Notes: generated by a model from the letters alone, not told the origin. DNA of 64,000 nucleotides from Nitrosopumilus sp. (GCA_965203315.1 OZ241857.1:1376001-1440000); one strand, 5' to 3'; positions 31,097 to 41,551 are shown, counted from the stretch's first letter. Program-made: numbers and translations.

Positions 31097-31696
31097 ATGA
31101 TCTGGCGATACACGACTCCTGGAATTCCTGACGAACTCTTTGAACGAGAAGAGCGAGTTCCTATTACAAAAGAAGAGGTACGAGCAGTTCAGATAAGTAA
31201 AGCACGACTATGTACCGGATATACTGTATATGACGTTGGATGCGGTAGTGGATCTATTACCGTTGAATCTGCAATCCAAGTAGGTAAGACTGGACGAGTT
31301 ATTGGGATAGATCATGATGAACGCGCTGTCAAACTCTCTAGAACTAATCTAACAAAGTTTGAGATCACAAATGCCGACATAATACTAGGAGACGCAAAGG
31401 ATACAGTTGGGCAGTTAGATATGGCAGATGCCATATTTGTTGGAGGAACAGGTGGAGATACTGCTGATATCATTGAACTATACCACACAAGACTAAACCC
31501 AAATGGTAGGATGATAATAGGCACTATACTCATAGAGACCTTGTATGCAGTACTTGGTGTACTAGATAGACTAGAATTCGAGTCAGTTGACATAACACAG
31601 ATTACTGTATCCAAGAGCAGAAAGACCAGCACAGGTACGATGCTACTTGCAAGAAATCCTGTCACTATAATCTCTGCAACAAAGTCTTCCCCCTAA
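31097..31696 (+). CDS. cbiT: cobalt-precorrin-6B C15-methyltransferase
   Basis: PITKEEVR, DVGCGSGS, ARNPV. Confidence 0.92.
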   Translation: MIWRYTTPGIPDELFEREERVPITKEEVRAVQISKARLCTGYTVYDVGCGSGSITVESAIQVGKTGRVIGIDHDERAVKLSRTNLTKFEITNADIILGDAKDTVGQLDMADAIFVGGTGGDTADIIELYHTRLNPNGRMIIGTILIETLYAVLGVLDRLEFESVDITQITVSKSRKTSTGTMLLARNPVTIISATKSSP

Positions 31697-31727
31697 CTTT
31701 AATTTAAGATGTACGACATGATGTAAT

Positions 31728-32444
31728 ATGGCAAGCTTGATTGGGATAGGTGTAGGTCCAGGTGATCCAGAGCTCTTGACGGTAAAGGCAGTACGCGCCA
31801 TCGAGTCAGCAGATACGATAATGTGTCCAGCATCTGCAGCTGATAGACCAAGCATTGCACTGTCGATAGTATCTGATATGATAAAACCAACACAAGAGGT
31901 TGTAAAGTTGATCTTTCCTATGACCAAAGATACAGATATCCTCCGAGATGCATGGAAGAGAAACGCCAAGATAATGGCTGCAAAGGTACTACAAGGAAAC
32001 AATGTAGTATACCTTACAGTTGGTGATCCATATCTGTATAGTACATGGATCTATATGCACAAAGACCTCGAGACCAACCATCCCGACATGAACATTACTG
32101 TGATACCTGGTATCGTATCGATGTTTACATTTGCATCCAAAGTGGGAGTGAGTATTGCAGAGGGTTCAGAAAAGGTTGCAATAATACCGTCATGTTATGA
32201 TCTGTCTAGTGTTAAAGAGATTGCAAAGAACTCTGAGACATTAGTATTTCTCAAAGATGGCAGATACTTTGATCAGGTTATTGAGGTACTTCGAGAGTCT
32301 GGATTTCCATCAGACTCTATATTTGCTATAGGTCAAGATCTTGGAACAGACAAGGAGATCATCAGGCGACTAACACTAGGTGAAGTAAACGATCAAACAT
32401 TAACTACAAAGTACTTTTCAATATTGGTGGTAAAACGTGTCTAG
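31728..32444 (+). CDS. cbiL: cobalt-precorrin-2 C20-methyltransferase
   Basis: GVGPGDPELLTVKA, FPM, GDPYLYST. Confidence 0.9.
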   Translation: MASLIGIGVGPGDPELLTVKAVRAIESADTIMCPASAADRPSIALSIVSDMIKPTQEVVKLIFPMTKDTDILRDAWKRNAKIMAAKVLQGNNVVYLTVGDPYLYSTWIYMHKDLETNHPDMNITVIPGIVSMFTFASKVGVSIAEGSEKVAIIPSCYDLSSVKEIAKNSETLVFLKDGRYFDQVIEVLRESGFPSDSIFAIGQDLGTDKEIIRRLTLGEVNDQTLTTKYFSILVVKRV

Positions 32445-33198
32445 AGTATACTTTGTTGGGTGTGGACCAGGCGATCCAGATCTGATAACTGTCAAAGCAA
32501 AGAGACTCATTCAAAAGGCCGACACACTGGTATACTCGGGTTCATTGATCCCAGATCAAATTATACAGATGGCTAAAAGAGCAGAACTGCATAATGCAGC
32601 AGGGCTAGTGAGGGAGGAGATATTCGATATACTGTACAAAAGTGCCAAGAGTTCAAAACTGACTGTACGTTTACACGATGGTGATCCGTCAATCTATGGA
32701 GCAATCAAAGAGCAGATAGATGCATTACGCGAAAAGAACATCGAGTCTGTCGTGGTACCTGGTGTCACAGCATTTTTGGCAGCAGCTGCAGCCTTGAACA
32801 CACAACTAACACTTCCTGGCATAACTCAGACTATAATTTTAACTCGGGCTGAGTCTAGAACCAAGGTTCCAAAACGCGAGAGCATATCTACACTTGCAAC
32901 TCATGGTGCAACTCTGGTATTCTATCTCAGTATACATCTGATATCCAAACTAGTAAAGGAGGCGATTGCAGGAGGATACAAAGAGACGACACCTGTAGCT
33001 GTTGTATATCGTGCAAGCTGGGAAGATCAAAAGATAGTTGTTGGTACACTATGTGATATCACATCAAAGGTAAAACATCAGGGAATTACAAAGACTGCTA
33101 TAGTTATAATCGGCGATGTTATAGATCCAAAACACTACGAGTATTCTCGGTTATACGACAAAGATTTTAGTCATGGGTATCGCAGATCAAAGAGATAA
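32437..33198 (+). CDS. cbiF: cobalt-precorrin-4 C11-methyltransferase
   Basis: GPGDPDLITVK, RLHDGDPSIYGA, SRLYDKDFSHGYR. Confidence 0.92.
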   Translation: MSRVYFVGCGPGDPDLITVKAKRLIQKADTLVYSGSLIPDQIIQMAKRAELHNAAGLVREEIFDILYKSAKSSKLTVRLHDGDPSIYGAIKEQIDALREKNIESVVVPGVTAFLAAAAALNTQLTLPGITQTIILTRAESRTKVPKRESISTLATHGATLVFYLSIHLISKLVKEAIAGGYKETTPVAVVYRASWEDQKIVVGTLCDITSKVKHQGITKTAIVIIGDVIDPKHYEYSRLYDKDFSHGYRRSKR

Positions 33199-33951
33199 AA
33201 GATTTACTGTTTCATGTATGCCCAGTTTTCCAAGTACATCTTGTAGTCTCTCTGGATCGTCTGACGTAAAGATATCTAGTGAACTTTGAGATGTGTTGTG
33301 TGGTATAATATCTGGTATAATATCTGATATGTGCTGCGCAACCATATCTCCAGGATCGATGAACTGTACATCATGTATGGTATCATTTAGTATCGATCTC
33401 AAAAACGGCAAGTGTGTACTAGATAGAGTTATTGTGTCTATGTTATCTATGTTATCTAGTGTGTCGTATATTACTCTAGTACAGTATTTGTTATCTGTGA
33501 GAAATTTGCCAGACTCGACTAGGTCTATCATACGTGTAGCGTCTATTGGATGTATGTGGAACGAGTCATCTGGTATATTGTATTTTATGTACTGGTTGAG
33601 ATTGTTACTGTACACTAGCGATCTAGTTCCTAGTAGACCAATATGTCTGGTCTTTGATATATCACACGCATGTGATATGGGTGGTCTGACACCAATGACA
33701 TCTGGCTCGTCAATGTCTAGTATGATGCTGGGAGTATTTGATGCCATTACGATCATATCTGGAAGAAACTCATTCCGTAGCATCTCTATCGATCCACGAA
33801 TGATGCGATCGAGCTCTGCAGCACTCTTGTTGCCATATGGAAAGTTGATCGAATCTGCAAAGTAGATGATCTCTGCATTGATCTTGTGCCTAATAGGCTC
33901 AATTATGGACAACGAGCCTAGCCCAGAATCAAAGACCGCTACCGTGACCAA
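33187..33951 (-). CDS. glutamate racemase (MurI)-family protein with non-canonical active site
   Basis: VFDSGLGSLS, FPYGNKS; ASNT and SSTH at the ACNT and GCTH positions. Confidence 0.8.
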   Translation of the reverse strand: MVTVAVFDSGLGSLSIIEPIRHKINAEIIYFADSINFPYGNKSAAELDRIIRGSIEMLRNEFLPDMIVMASNTPSIILDIDEPDVIGVRPPISHACDISKTRHIGLLGTRSLVYSNNLNQYIKYNIPDDSFHIHPIDATRMIDLVESGKFLTDNKYCTRVIYDTLDNIDNIDTITLSSTHLPFLRSILNDTIHDVQFIDPGDMVAQHISDIIPDIIPHNTSQSSLDIFTSDDPERLQDVLGKLGIHETVNLLSL

Positions 33952-34058
33952 GACATCTGTTGCCTTATATAGTCCCTTATAGTTTGTTAACTAAATTTAG
34001 ACTAAGGTTGATCTAAATATACCACGTCTTTTAAGACTAAATTTGTAGACTAGATGTT

Positions 34059-34706
34059 GTGACAAGCTTCAACAAGAGCTGGGCTCAGCAAGAGTCCCAG
34101 AGTGTAACTGGCAAACTCAAGGACGCAGTAAAGCCACAAGGTGCTCTAAAGCCACGAATACAGACAGCAGTGAATAAACTTCAAGTCCAAATCAGCAAGA
34201 TGGATGCGATGTTGAACAAACTGAACGAACGAGACGCCGCGCTATTCAAGCGTGTCGTGGCCGCGATGCAACAACATGATACTAACACTAGTAGAGTTTT
34301 GTCCAACGAATTGGCAGAGATTCGCAAGGTTGCAAAGATGCTTAGTAACGCAAGAGTATCGTTAGAACAAGTGCAGTTAAGACTCACAACCATTCATGAT
34401 CTAGGCGATGCTATGATAGCGATTGGACCAGCAATGTCCACAATGAAGGGGCTCAAATCCTCTCTAGGTAGATTCATGCCAGAGGCTGACTCTGAACTGA
34501 ACTCTATGACTCAGACACTAAACGGTCTAATGGTGGACTCGCTTGCAGGTGACTCTTTCAGTATGGAGTCTGATATTTCAAATGAGGAGACCGAGAGAAT
34601 TCTGCGCGAAGCATCAGCTGTAGCTGAACAACAGATTGGGGATAAATTCCCATCTGTACCATCCTCAACCGGACTTGCGTCTCAGAGCTCGACATCACTC
34701 GAGTAG
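34059..34706 (+). CDS. cdvB: ESCRT-III/Snf7 cell division protein (CdvB paralogue)
   Basis: Helical Snf7 core NELAEIRK...LEQVQLRL.T..DLGD, ERILREAS.VAE. Confidence 0.85.
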   Translation: MTSFNKSWAQQESQSVTGKLKDAVKPQGALKPRIQTAVNKLQVQISKMDAMLNKLNERDAALFKRVVAAMQQHDTNTSRVLSNELAEIRKVAKMLSNARVSLEQVQLRLTTIHDLGDAMIAIGPAMSTMKGLKSSLGRFMPEADSELNSMTQTLNGLMVDSLAGDSFSMESDISNEETERILREASAVAEQQIGDKFPSVPSSTGLASQSSTSLE

Positions 34707-34790
34707 AGACAAGTCTATTCTTTTTTCTCTTTTGGATTTTTGTATGGATACCAATTCTATTTGACAAATCTTAATGTCCGATATTAGATG

Positions 34791-34955
34791 TACCAACGAA
34801 AATAAGTTTTGACATAAATAGCATATCAAATCTCTATAGATCAAAATGTAGGATTCAAACCCTTTTTTACTCTATGAAAATAGCGTTTTTAATCAACCAA
34901 CATAGAGATTGATAGCATTGATGTATTGTTTGTGTCAGAATTTTTTGGCGATATA
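34791..34955. mobile_element. MITE (family M4), left arm of a putative composite element
   Basis: Begins TACCAACGAAAATAAGTTTTGACATA; inverted copy at 35994-36380. Confidence 0.8.
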
Positions 34956-35006
34956 GATGCTTTTTATAGATCTTTCTATTTTAAAATTAAAAGATAAAAA
35001 CAAAAA

Positions 35007-35918
35007 CTAATGTTTAATCTTCCTGTAGAGTTTTAAGAGTTGTTTAGTTCTCGACTGACCTATTGTACTGTACAGTAAACTTTGATAAAACATTCGAAAT
35101 CTATTTCTATTGGAATATGTTTTCCACATTGATTTTTTATACCAAAATCGTTCATAAAAACTCAATTCTTTTAGAATATTCGAATTTATATTTTTTGTTT
35201 CTTGACAGATATCACTAGTGACTTGTAAAGAATCTTGATGTTTTCTAACTTTAGCCAAACTTTGATCTATAAAATGAATTTTATATTCATATATGATACA
35301 TAATCTACACAATATCTCCTCTTCTCCAATTTTTAGTGATTCATCAAACATCACATAGTCAAATGCTGACTTGTGTATTAGAGTAGTGATAATACTATAG
35401 TTGAAATTCGTTAGCATTATGACATTTATTGATTTTTGATCTAGATAGTTATAATCTTTGCACACGTTACGTTTTAATATATTTTCTCTTGAATCTACTA
35501 AATCATAATTAGTGTATAATATTAACTTTGGATCATTTTTCTCTAATGCAGTTTTAATCAAAACTTCAACGCAGTTTGATTTCAATACATCATCCGAATC
35601 TACAAACTTGATCCATTCGGCACTTGCTACTCTTATCCCAGTATTACGTGCGGCCGAGACTCCTTTATGTTCTTGATGTATTATAATTATTTTTTTTGGG
35701 GGGAGGGGGAGAGGAGTCGTAACACGTTCATATTCATCTAATATACTGGCTGTGTTATCTGTAGAGCCATCATCTATTACTATTATCTCTATATTCTTGT
35801 ATGTTTGGTTTATGATACTATCTAAACATTCCTTAATGTGCGTCTCTCTATTATACGCTGGTATGATGACTGATATCAGTGGATTTGTATTCATAATGTC
35901 CTTAGATTTGATTTTCAT
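35007..35918 (-). CDS. glycosyltransferase family 2
   Basis: ISVIIPAYN, IDDGSTD, GVSAARNTG, FVDSDD; AT-rich. Confidence 0.9.
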   Translation of the reverse strand: MKIKSKDIMNTNPLISVIIPAYNRETHIKECLDSIINQTYKNIEIIVIDDGSTDNTASILDEYERVTTPLPLPPKKIIIIHQEHKGVSAARNTGIRVASAEWIKFVDSDDVLKSNCVEVLIKTALEKNDPKLILYTNYDLVDSRENILKRNVCKDYNYLDQKSINVIMLTNFNYSIITTLIHKSAFDYVMFDESLKIGEEEILCRLCIIYEYKIHFIDQSLAKVRKHQDSLQVTSDICQETKNINSNILKELSFYERFWYKKSMWKTYSNRNRFRMFYQSLLYSTIGQSRTKQLLKLYRKIKH

Positions 35919-35993
35919 ATATAAAATTAGCTGGTTGCCCTATGAATAGGAATATGTGGGATCCAAAAATAATTTGCTCCTTATTTGATGTGA

Positions 35994-36380
35994 TATGTCG
36001 CAGAAAATAAATTTTGACATAAACAATACATCCCTGCTATCAACCACTATGTTGATTGATTAAAAACACTATCTTTAAAGGTAAAAAAAGGGTTTGAGCC
36101 TTACATTTTGATTCATAGAGATTTGATATGCTATTTATAGTGCCCGAAATAAATAATTTTAGGTTGTTATTTATCCATAGGCCATATGCAAATTATGATT
36201 TGTTTATACAATATTCAATAAGAATTACATTTAATCGATTTTTACCTCTAGAAATTACACCTTTTACTAAATTTCAAAATGTGTATAAAATATAAGAAAT
36301 TTGAGTTAGTCTTATGGAAAAATAACTACCTAAAGTTAGTTTTTCCGAGTACTATATGTCAAAACTTATTTTCGTTGGTA
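35994..36380. mobile_element. MITE (family M4), right arm, split by a nested MITE
   Basis: 35994-36137 plus 36355-36380 reconstitute the reverse complement of 34791-34955. Confidence 0.8.
36138..36354. mobile_element. nested IS630-type MITE (family M5)
   Basis: About 44-bp imperfect TIR TAGTGCCCGAAATAAATAATTTTAGGTTGTTATT / AATAACTACCTAAAGTTAGTTTTTCCGAGTACTA; TA duplicated. Confidence 0.75.
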
Positions 36381-36382
36381 TA

Positions 36383-36513
36383 TAGTCACGAACGGAATTG
36401 TTTTCTTGTTTACTTTTGCGTATGTGAGATCAGAGACGGAATTTACCTCTAGCGGAACAGATAACGCCAAATTATGATACTATGCACTCGGAAAATTATT
36501 ATGTTCACGACTA
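36383..36513. mobile_element. 131-bp MITE with IS630 ends (family M6)
   Basis: TAGTCACGAAC...GGAAAATTATTATGTTCACGACTA resembles the TIR of the IS630 at 13952; second copy at 45451-45581. Confidence 0.85.
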
Positions 36514-36578
36514 TATAACAATAATGTGTCAGATATTCCAGATACAAATAGACACCACTCTTACCAAAAGTCATCGAT

Positions 36579-36965
36579 CTAACAACATGTAATTGGATTA
36601 CTTTGATCAGTATTGATATTGATCTTTATATCTGATTTAATCTCATCAAACTGAGATTTATCCAAAACAATTAGAGGAATATTGGCCAATGCACAACCAG
36701 TTACAACAGTAATATCTGCCTTTGCACACAACATTGCACATGGCCCGACATTGTTTTGTTTTATAGAGTATATGGTATATGCTCCTACGCTGCTACCAAC
36801 ACCACTAGGAAAGACCAAAACCACATCTTTAAGAGATCTGTTGTACAATGGATGATCACTGTCTGTAATTACACCAGTATCTTTGTTTACCGTGCCAAGG
36901 AAATTTATCGCTGCCGATGATCGTAATACTGTACCCCTTGCCTGACCTCTTACTAGGACCTTCAT
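36579..36965 (-). CDS. aconitase X swivel subunit (phosphomevalonate dehydratase small subunit, DUF126)
   Basis: INFLG.V...TG, FPSGVGSSVG. Confidence 0.88.
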   Translation of the reverse strand: MKVLVRGQARGTVLRSSAAINFLGTVNKDTGVITDSDHPLYNRSLKDVVLVFPSGVGSSVGAYTIYSIKQNNVGPCAMLCAKADITVVTGCALANIPLIVLDKSQFDEIKSDIKININTDQSNPITCC

Positions 36966-38113
36966 TGTGTCTCGTCCTGAATTATATCTGAGAGGGGCTT
37001 TAGATTGACACCAACACCATTAGAGTTTTTGAGATAGAATGCTCCTTTGATACTGTTTGTAGTTACAGAATCGACTGTATCTTTGTTGATCAATGGAGTG
37101 AGACATGTACAACAATCAGCAAGTATCTCACATCCTGCTCGCTCTAATGTATCTACACACCCAATCTCCGTTGCCTGCTCTTTTACCACTCTGGGGCAGA
37201 ATATCATACATCGTCTTTTAAAGAAGCGCCCCTTGAGGCGTGTAGCGACGTCAACCATCTCTTCCAATCCAAGTTGTGGACTACCTAGTGTAATCAGATC
37301 GCCATGCTCGGCTGTGTTTAACTCGTCATGTATCTCTTGTAGTTCTTTTTTATCAAAATCAATCTTTTCTGTATCTGGTTGATCACCAAAGAGAAATTTA
37401 GCACAAGTGCCAGATGTTCCCATCCCGCCACACATCGCTTTACATTGTCTATGATCCATCTCTTTTAGTCCTGATATTCCAACTGACGTATCACCAACTT
37501 TTCCTGCAAAATATCCAAGCATTCCATATGTTAACTCGTCAGGTTGATCGACACTCATTCTAATTGTAATGTTTGGTTTGACATCTGCGCGTAATGACGA
37601 GTATGGACTCTTTCCTGTCAATGCACTAGCCAATGCACTAAATGCACTCTCTTTATTGGTCTTTAGATCATCATACGAGTTTGCATGTATTGCAGCATTA
37701 CTCTCAGCAAATGCTACCTGAGTCCCAGAACTAGGAATATCATATATCTCATATGGAATACATGAAAAGGATAAATCTACACCCATTCTCTTATACGACT
37801 CTCGTATAGAGAGCTGTTTTGTAATAAAATTTTCATCGAGATTATATTTTTGCACAGAGTCTTGATCAAAACCCATTGGATTTAGTGTAGTCTGTATCTT
37901 TACACGCGCATCTCTGCTCAATTCATCTAGAAACTCTTGACCTACATCGCCTATGGTATTATAATTTACACCTGAGAGGTGTGCCCATCTTACCGGTACA
38001 AGTCGTTCTGCGTCTGTTGCCTCGCCTGTCGCAGCTAGCACTCTGTATGCCATCTGCAAGGTACTCCCATGTTTACCATCAAGTGCCTCTTCTTCATATC
38101 TATCAAGTTCCAT
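36962..38113 (-). CDS. aconitase X large subunit (phosphomevalonate dehydratase, DUF521)
   Basis: True start MELDRYEE at 38113; AHLSGVNY, SCIPY, AESNA, TNSIKGAFY. Confidence 0.88.
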   Translation of the reverse strand: MELDRYEEEALDGKHGSTLQMAYRVLAATGEATDAERLVPVRWAHLSGVNYNTIGDVGQEFLDELSRDARVKIQTTLNPMGFDQDSVQKYNLDENFITKQLSIRESYKRMGVDLSFSCIPYEIYDIPSSGTQVAFAESNAAIHANSYDDLKTNKESAFSALASALTGKSPYSSLRADVKPNITIRMSVDQPDELTYGMLGYFAGKVGDTSVGISGLKEMDHRQCKAMCGGMGTSGTCAKFLFGDQPDTEKIDFDKKELQEIHDELNTAEHGDLITLGSPQLGLEEMVDVATRLKGRFFKRRCMIFCPRVVKEQATEIGCVDTLERAGCEILADCCTCLTPLINKDTVDSVTTNSIKGAFYLKNSNGVGVNLKPLSDIIQDETQ

Positions 38114-38159
38114 GTGATATACGATATATACTACAGTTATAATACTTGTATCTGATGTA

Positions 38160-38819
38160 TTGATATTGAAACGAATTCTCAAAGGGATGACCGATACAAT
38201 GAATATGGTAAAGCCACCTAGAATGACAGCATTACGTGAACTACATGAAGCAGAGACTGGCAACTTTAGTATCTTGATCGGAACTATTTTGTCTGCACGC
38301 ACAAAAGATGAAACCACAACAATTGCAGTCAAAAAACTCTTTAGCAAATACAAGACACCTAGAGCACTAGCTAGAGCAAAGATTCGTGATGTTGAAAAGA
38401 TCATACATTCGATAGGATTCTATCATGTAAAGGCAAGACGAATAGTAGAGGTAGCAAAGATAATCGACACCAAATATGGTGGCAAGGTGCCTAACAACCT
38501 AGACGAACTAGTATCGTTGCCAGGTGTAGGTCGCAAAACTGCCAACTGTGTCTTGGTGTATGCATTTGACAAACCAGCAATACCTGTAGACATTCATGTA
38601 CATCGAATATCAAACAGACTAGGTCTAGTTGATACAAAGACTCCGGAAGAAACGGAGCAAGAGTTGATGCAAAAGGTACCAAAAAAGTTTTGGTTGAACA
38701 TCAATGATACTTTTGTGATGTATGGTCAAAATATCTGCAAGCCGATATCTCCGCTATGTGATGTATGTAAGATTAAACAACATTGTAAATACTATAAAGA
38801 TCGATCATCTCTACAATAG
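38160..38819 (+). CDS. nth: endonuclease III
   Basis: LPGVGRKTAN HhH, VDIHVHR, C-x6-C-x2-C-x5-C cluster. Confidence 0.94.
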   Translation: MILKRILKGMTDTMNMVKPPRMTALRELHEAETGNFSILIGTILSARTKDETTTIAVKKLFSKYKTPRALARAKIRDVEKIIHSIGFYHVKARRIVEVAKIIDTKYGGKVPNNLDELVSLPGVGRKTANCVLVYAFDKPAIPVDIHVHRISNRLGLVDTKTPEETEQELMQKVPKKFWLNINDTFVMYGQNICKPISPLCDVCKIKQHCKYYKDRSSLQ

Positions 38820-39111
38820 AGATCTATCTGGACTAGTGTTTTAATCTTATTTTCATTCGTTGCCAATTTTAATTCTACGTGATATGAATTTTCGCATGCG
38901 TGTCGTTTGTTGTAAATTTACAAGATGTTTTATAAATTTTGATTAGCTGATATATGCATATTTGTGACATCATTTATTGTTGAAATATACTCTATAATGA
39001 TAACAGTAAACATTTTGATACAATCTGTCAAGATAAACCTAATGTACATCTCAGAGGATCAGTATATCACACTGTAGAGGTACAATTGTCTACGAGTAGA
39101 GATCTGTTGTT

Positions 39112-40338
39112 ATGTGCCTTGATACAGATCGGATACTCCATAAGCCAACTTTTTATAAGTTAATATGCATTTGTTTTAGAGAATCGATGATGAACAATCC
39201 ACAGGTCTCCATAATTCTGCCTACGTACAACGAGTCTCAGAATATATTGGACATAATAAGATCCATACACGCACACATTCCAAAGGGGATTACAACCGAG
39301 ACTATAATAGTTGATGATAACTCGCCTGACAAGACAGGAAAGATAGTAGAAGACTATATCTACGATATAAAGCGCCTAGCTGAGAATACGATAAGTGTAA
39401 TACATCGAAAGACAAAGAGTGGACTATCATCTGCAATCCTGAATGGAATCCAAAACGCAAGAGCAGATACCATAATTGTAATGGACTCGGACTTTTCCCA
39501 TCCACCACAGATAATACCAAAGATGATCGAGGCCATAAAGCAGTACCAATGCGATCTAGTAGTGGCCTCTAGATACATGACGGGTGGCAAGATAAAAGGT
39601 TGGACCATCAAACGAAGACTGATGAGCAAGGTAGCAACCATCATTGCAAAGAAGGGACTAGGCATACATACCAAAGACCCAATGTCTGGATTCTTTGCCT
39701 TCAAGAAGAATATAATCAAAGAGATAAATTTTGATGCTTTAGGCTACAAGTTTCTACTAGAGTTGTTGGTTAAAACCAAAGGGATCAACATTAAAGAGAT
39801 TCCATATACATTTGAGGATCGCAAGTACGGTTCTAGCAAGCTAGGAGTTACAACGATACTCGACTACTTTAAATCGATCTGGAAGTTGTATAGATACGAA
39901 AAGATCAACACATCCACAGAGCAACGCAAGTCTGTAAAATTCTTCTCAAAGGCTGCACGATTCTTTACGGTTGGTGCATCTGGAATTCTAGTCAATTATG
40001 TGATATCATCATTATTCTCATTTGGCATAACAGATCTGTGGTATATTCACGCAAACGTGTTGGGTATTGCAGCATCGATATCCACCAACTTTATCTTAAA
40101 CAAAGTCTGGACTTTTGAGGATCGAAACTTTGAGCGAAAGCGAACTTTGGTACAGTATGGTAAATTTGGATTATTTAGCTCACTAGGTGCCATCGTACAG
40201 CTTGCAATGATGTTTTGGTTGGTAGAGGCGCACGAAATGTCGTATCCACTAGCGTTAATTCTTGCTATAGGAACAGCTGCGTTTGGTAACTTTTTACTCA
40301 ACAAGAGACTTACATTCAAAGAGAGACTTTGGGGTTAG
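39112..40338 (+). CDS. dolichol-phosphate mannosyltransferase-like GT2 fused to GtrA
   Basis: PTYNE, VDDNSPD, MDSDFSHPP, DPMSGFF; C-terminal GtrA (NFILNKVWTF). Start probably about 39187. Confidence 0.88.
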   Translation: MCLDTDRILHKPTFYKLICICFRESMMNNPQVSIILPTYNESQNILDIIRSIHAHIPKGITTETIIVDDNSPDKTGKIVEDYIYDIKRLAENTISVIHRKTKSGLSSAILNGIQNARADTIIVMDSDFSHPPQIIPKMIEAIKQYQCDLVVASRYMTGGKIKGWTIKRRLMSKVATIIAKKGLGIHTKDPMSGFFAFKKNIIKEINFDALGYKFLLELLVKTKGINIKEIPYTFEDRKYGSSKLGVTTILDYFKSIWKLYRYEKINTSTEQRKSVKFFSKAARFFTVGASGILVNYVISSLFSFGITDLWYIHANVLGIAASISTNFILNKVWTFEDRNFERKRTLVQYGKFGLFSSLGAIVQLAMMFWLVEAHEMSYPLALILAIGTAAFGNFLLNKRLTFKERLWG

Positions 40339-40627
40339 AGTAACATTTCATGTACAATACAATAATACAAACATGTTATCATGGTTATCATGGTTATTCA
40401 TGTTAAAACGTGAATATCATTCTGTATAGTAAGAGAGTCACTCTTTTAGTCAGAGTTAGAAAATTTACAGCATAATAGAACTAGATGTATGAGTTTATGT
40501 AATGAACTTGATAGATATGAACTAAAATCTAACTCTAATTAGAAAAGTTTGGCTATTGCACTACAAGATATAGTTGATGAATATCTCAAATCTTGTTACT
40601 CAACCAGATGTGAGGCTCTAAAATGCT

Positions 40628-41356
40628 TTATGATGTCTTGTAATTCTGCTCTCGTACCTGTTGAATACACTTCTTCAATTTGTATCTGTCTACTAGCTGT
40701 TGTTGCATCTTGGCATACATCTCTGGATATACAAACTCTTCTGCCGTATACTGCATAATCTTGTCATACTGTTTAGTATAATAGTGTGGAAAGAGATCAC
40801 TACCGCGCTCACTCTTGGTTGGAAGATCATATGCCATAGCTACAGCATTGTGATTTAGACCTCTCCTAGACCAATCGTTGAGATGTAAATGCATCAACAT
40901 AATATCATGTATAGTAAAATCATGAAACTGTCTGTAAAGCCAAAATTCATCATGGCTATCAAAATTGTTTTGTATCTTGTTTCTAACAGAGCGTTCGTAG
41001 AGAAACGGTAAATCAAAACTAGCAATATTGAATCCAATTACGTTTAACGGTCTATCTCGATTTGCTCTATGTTCAAATAATACTCTGTACATCTCTTCTA
41101 GAATATCTTTCTCGGATGACTCCCATTCGAGTAGACGAACAGTATCACCATAATCTATCTGATATGCAATCATGATTACCTTTCCATCAATTGGACTTAG
41201 ACTACCTTGCTGAAACTTCCAGTACTCTTTCTCGATTGACTTGTCACTATGCTTGCCAGTAATCTCATACTTTTCTATTCCTTCTTTAACTCTCAAAAAC
41301 TCTTCATCAGAGTCATATCTAGGTACAGTCTCAATATCGATATAGAGATTTGTCAT
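40628..41356 (-). CDS. DEDD/DnaQ-like 3'-5' exonuclease (stand-alone PolB-exo type)
   Basis: LYIDIETV, GFNIASFDLPFL, HDIM, KIMQYTAEE. Confidence 0.75.
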   Translation of the reverse strand: MTNLYIDIETVPRYDSDEEFLRVKEGIEKYEITGKHSDKSIEKEYWKFQQGSLSPIDGKVIMIAYQIDYGDTVRLLEWESSEKDILEEMYRVLFEHRANRDRPLNVIGFNIASFDLPFLYERSVRNKIQNNFDSHDEFWLYRQFHDFTIHDIMLMHLHLNDWSRRGLNHNAVAMAYDLPTKSERGSDLFPHYYTKQYDKIMQYTAEEFVYPEMYAKMQQQLVDRYKLKKCIQQVREQNYKTS

Positions 41357-41476
41357 ACTAGTACAAATATTTCGAATATTATTATAGTTTGATATGGACA
41401 CAAGATTGTATTGTGTATGATGTACCGAGTACTATTTGTTGCTGTGCGTATATCCAATATTCATTTAGAGATTGAA

Positions 41477-41551
41477 TGGGCCCACGGGGATTTGAACCCC
41501 GGATCTTCGCCGTGTAAGGGCGACGTCATAACCGATCTGGACTATGAGCCC
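41477..41551 (-). tRNA. tRNA-Val(TAC)
   Basis: GGGCTCA/TGGGCCC; TCGCC-CTTACAC-GGCGA; GGTTCAAATCC. Confidence 0.95.

Noticed and set aside
38114-38404. N-terminal extension of the aconitase X ORF
   Set aside because: Antisense shadow of nth; the real protein starts at MELDRYEE (38113).
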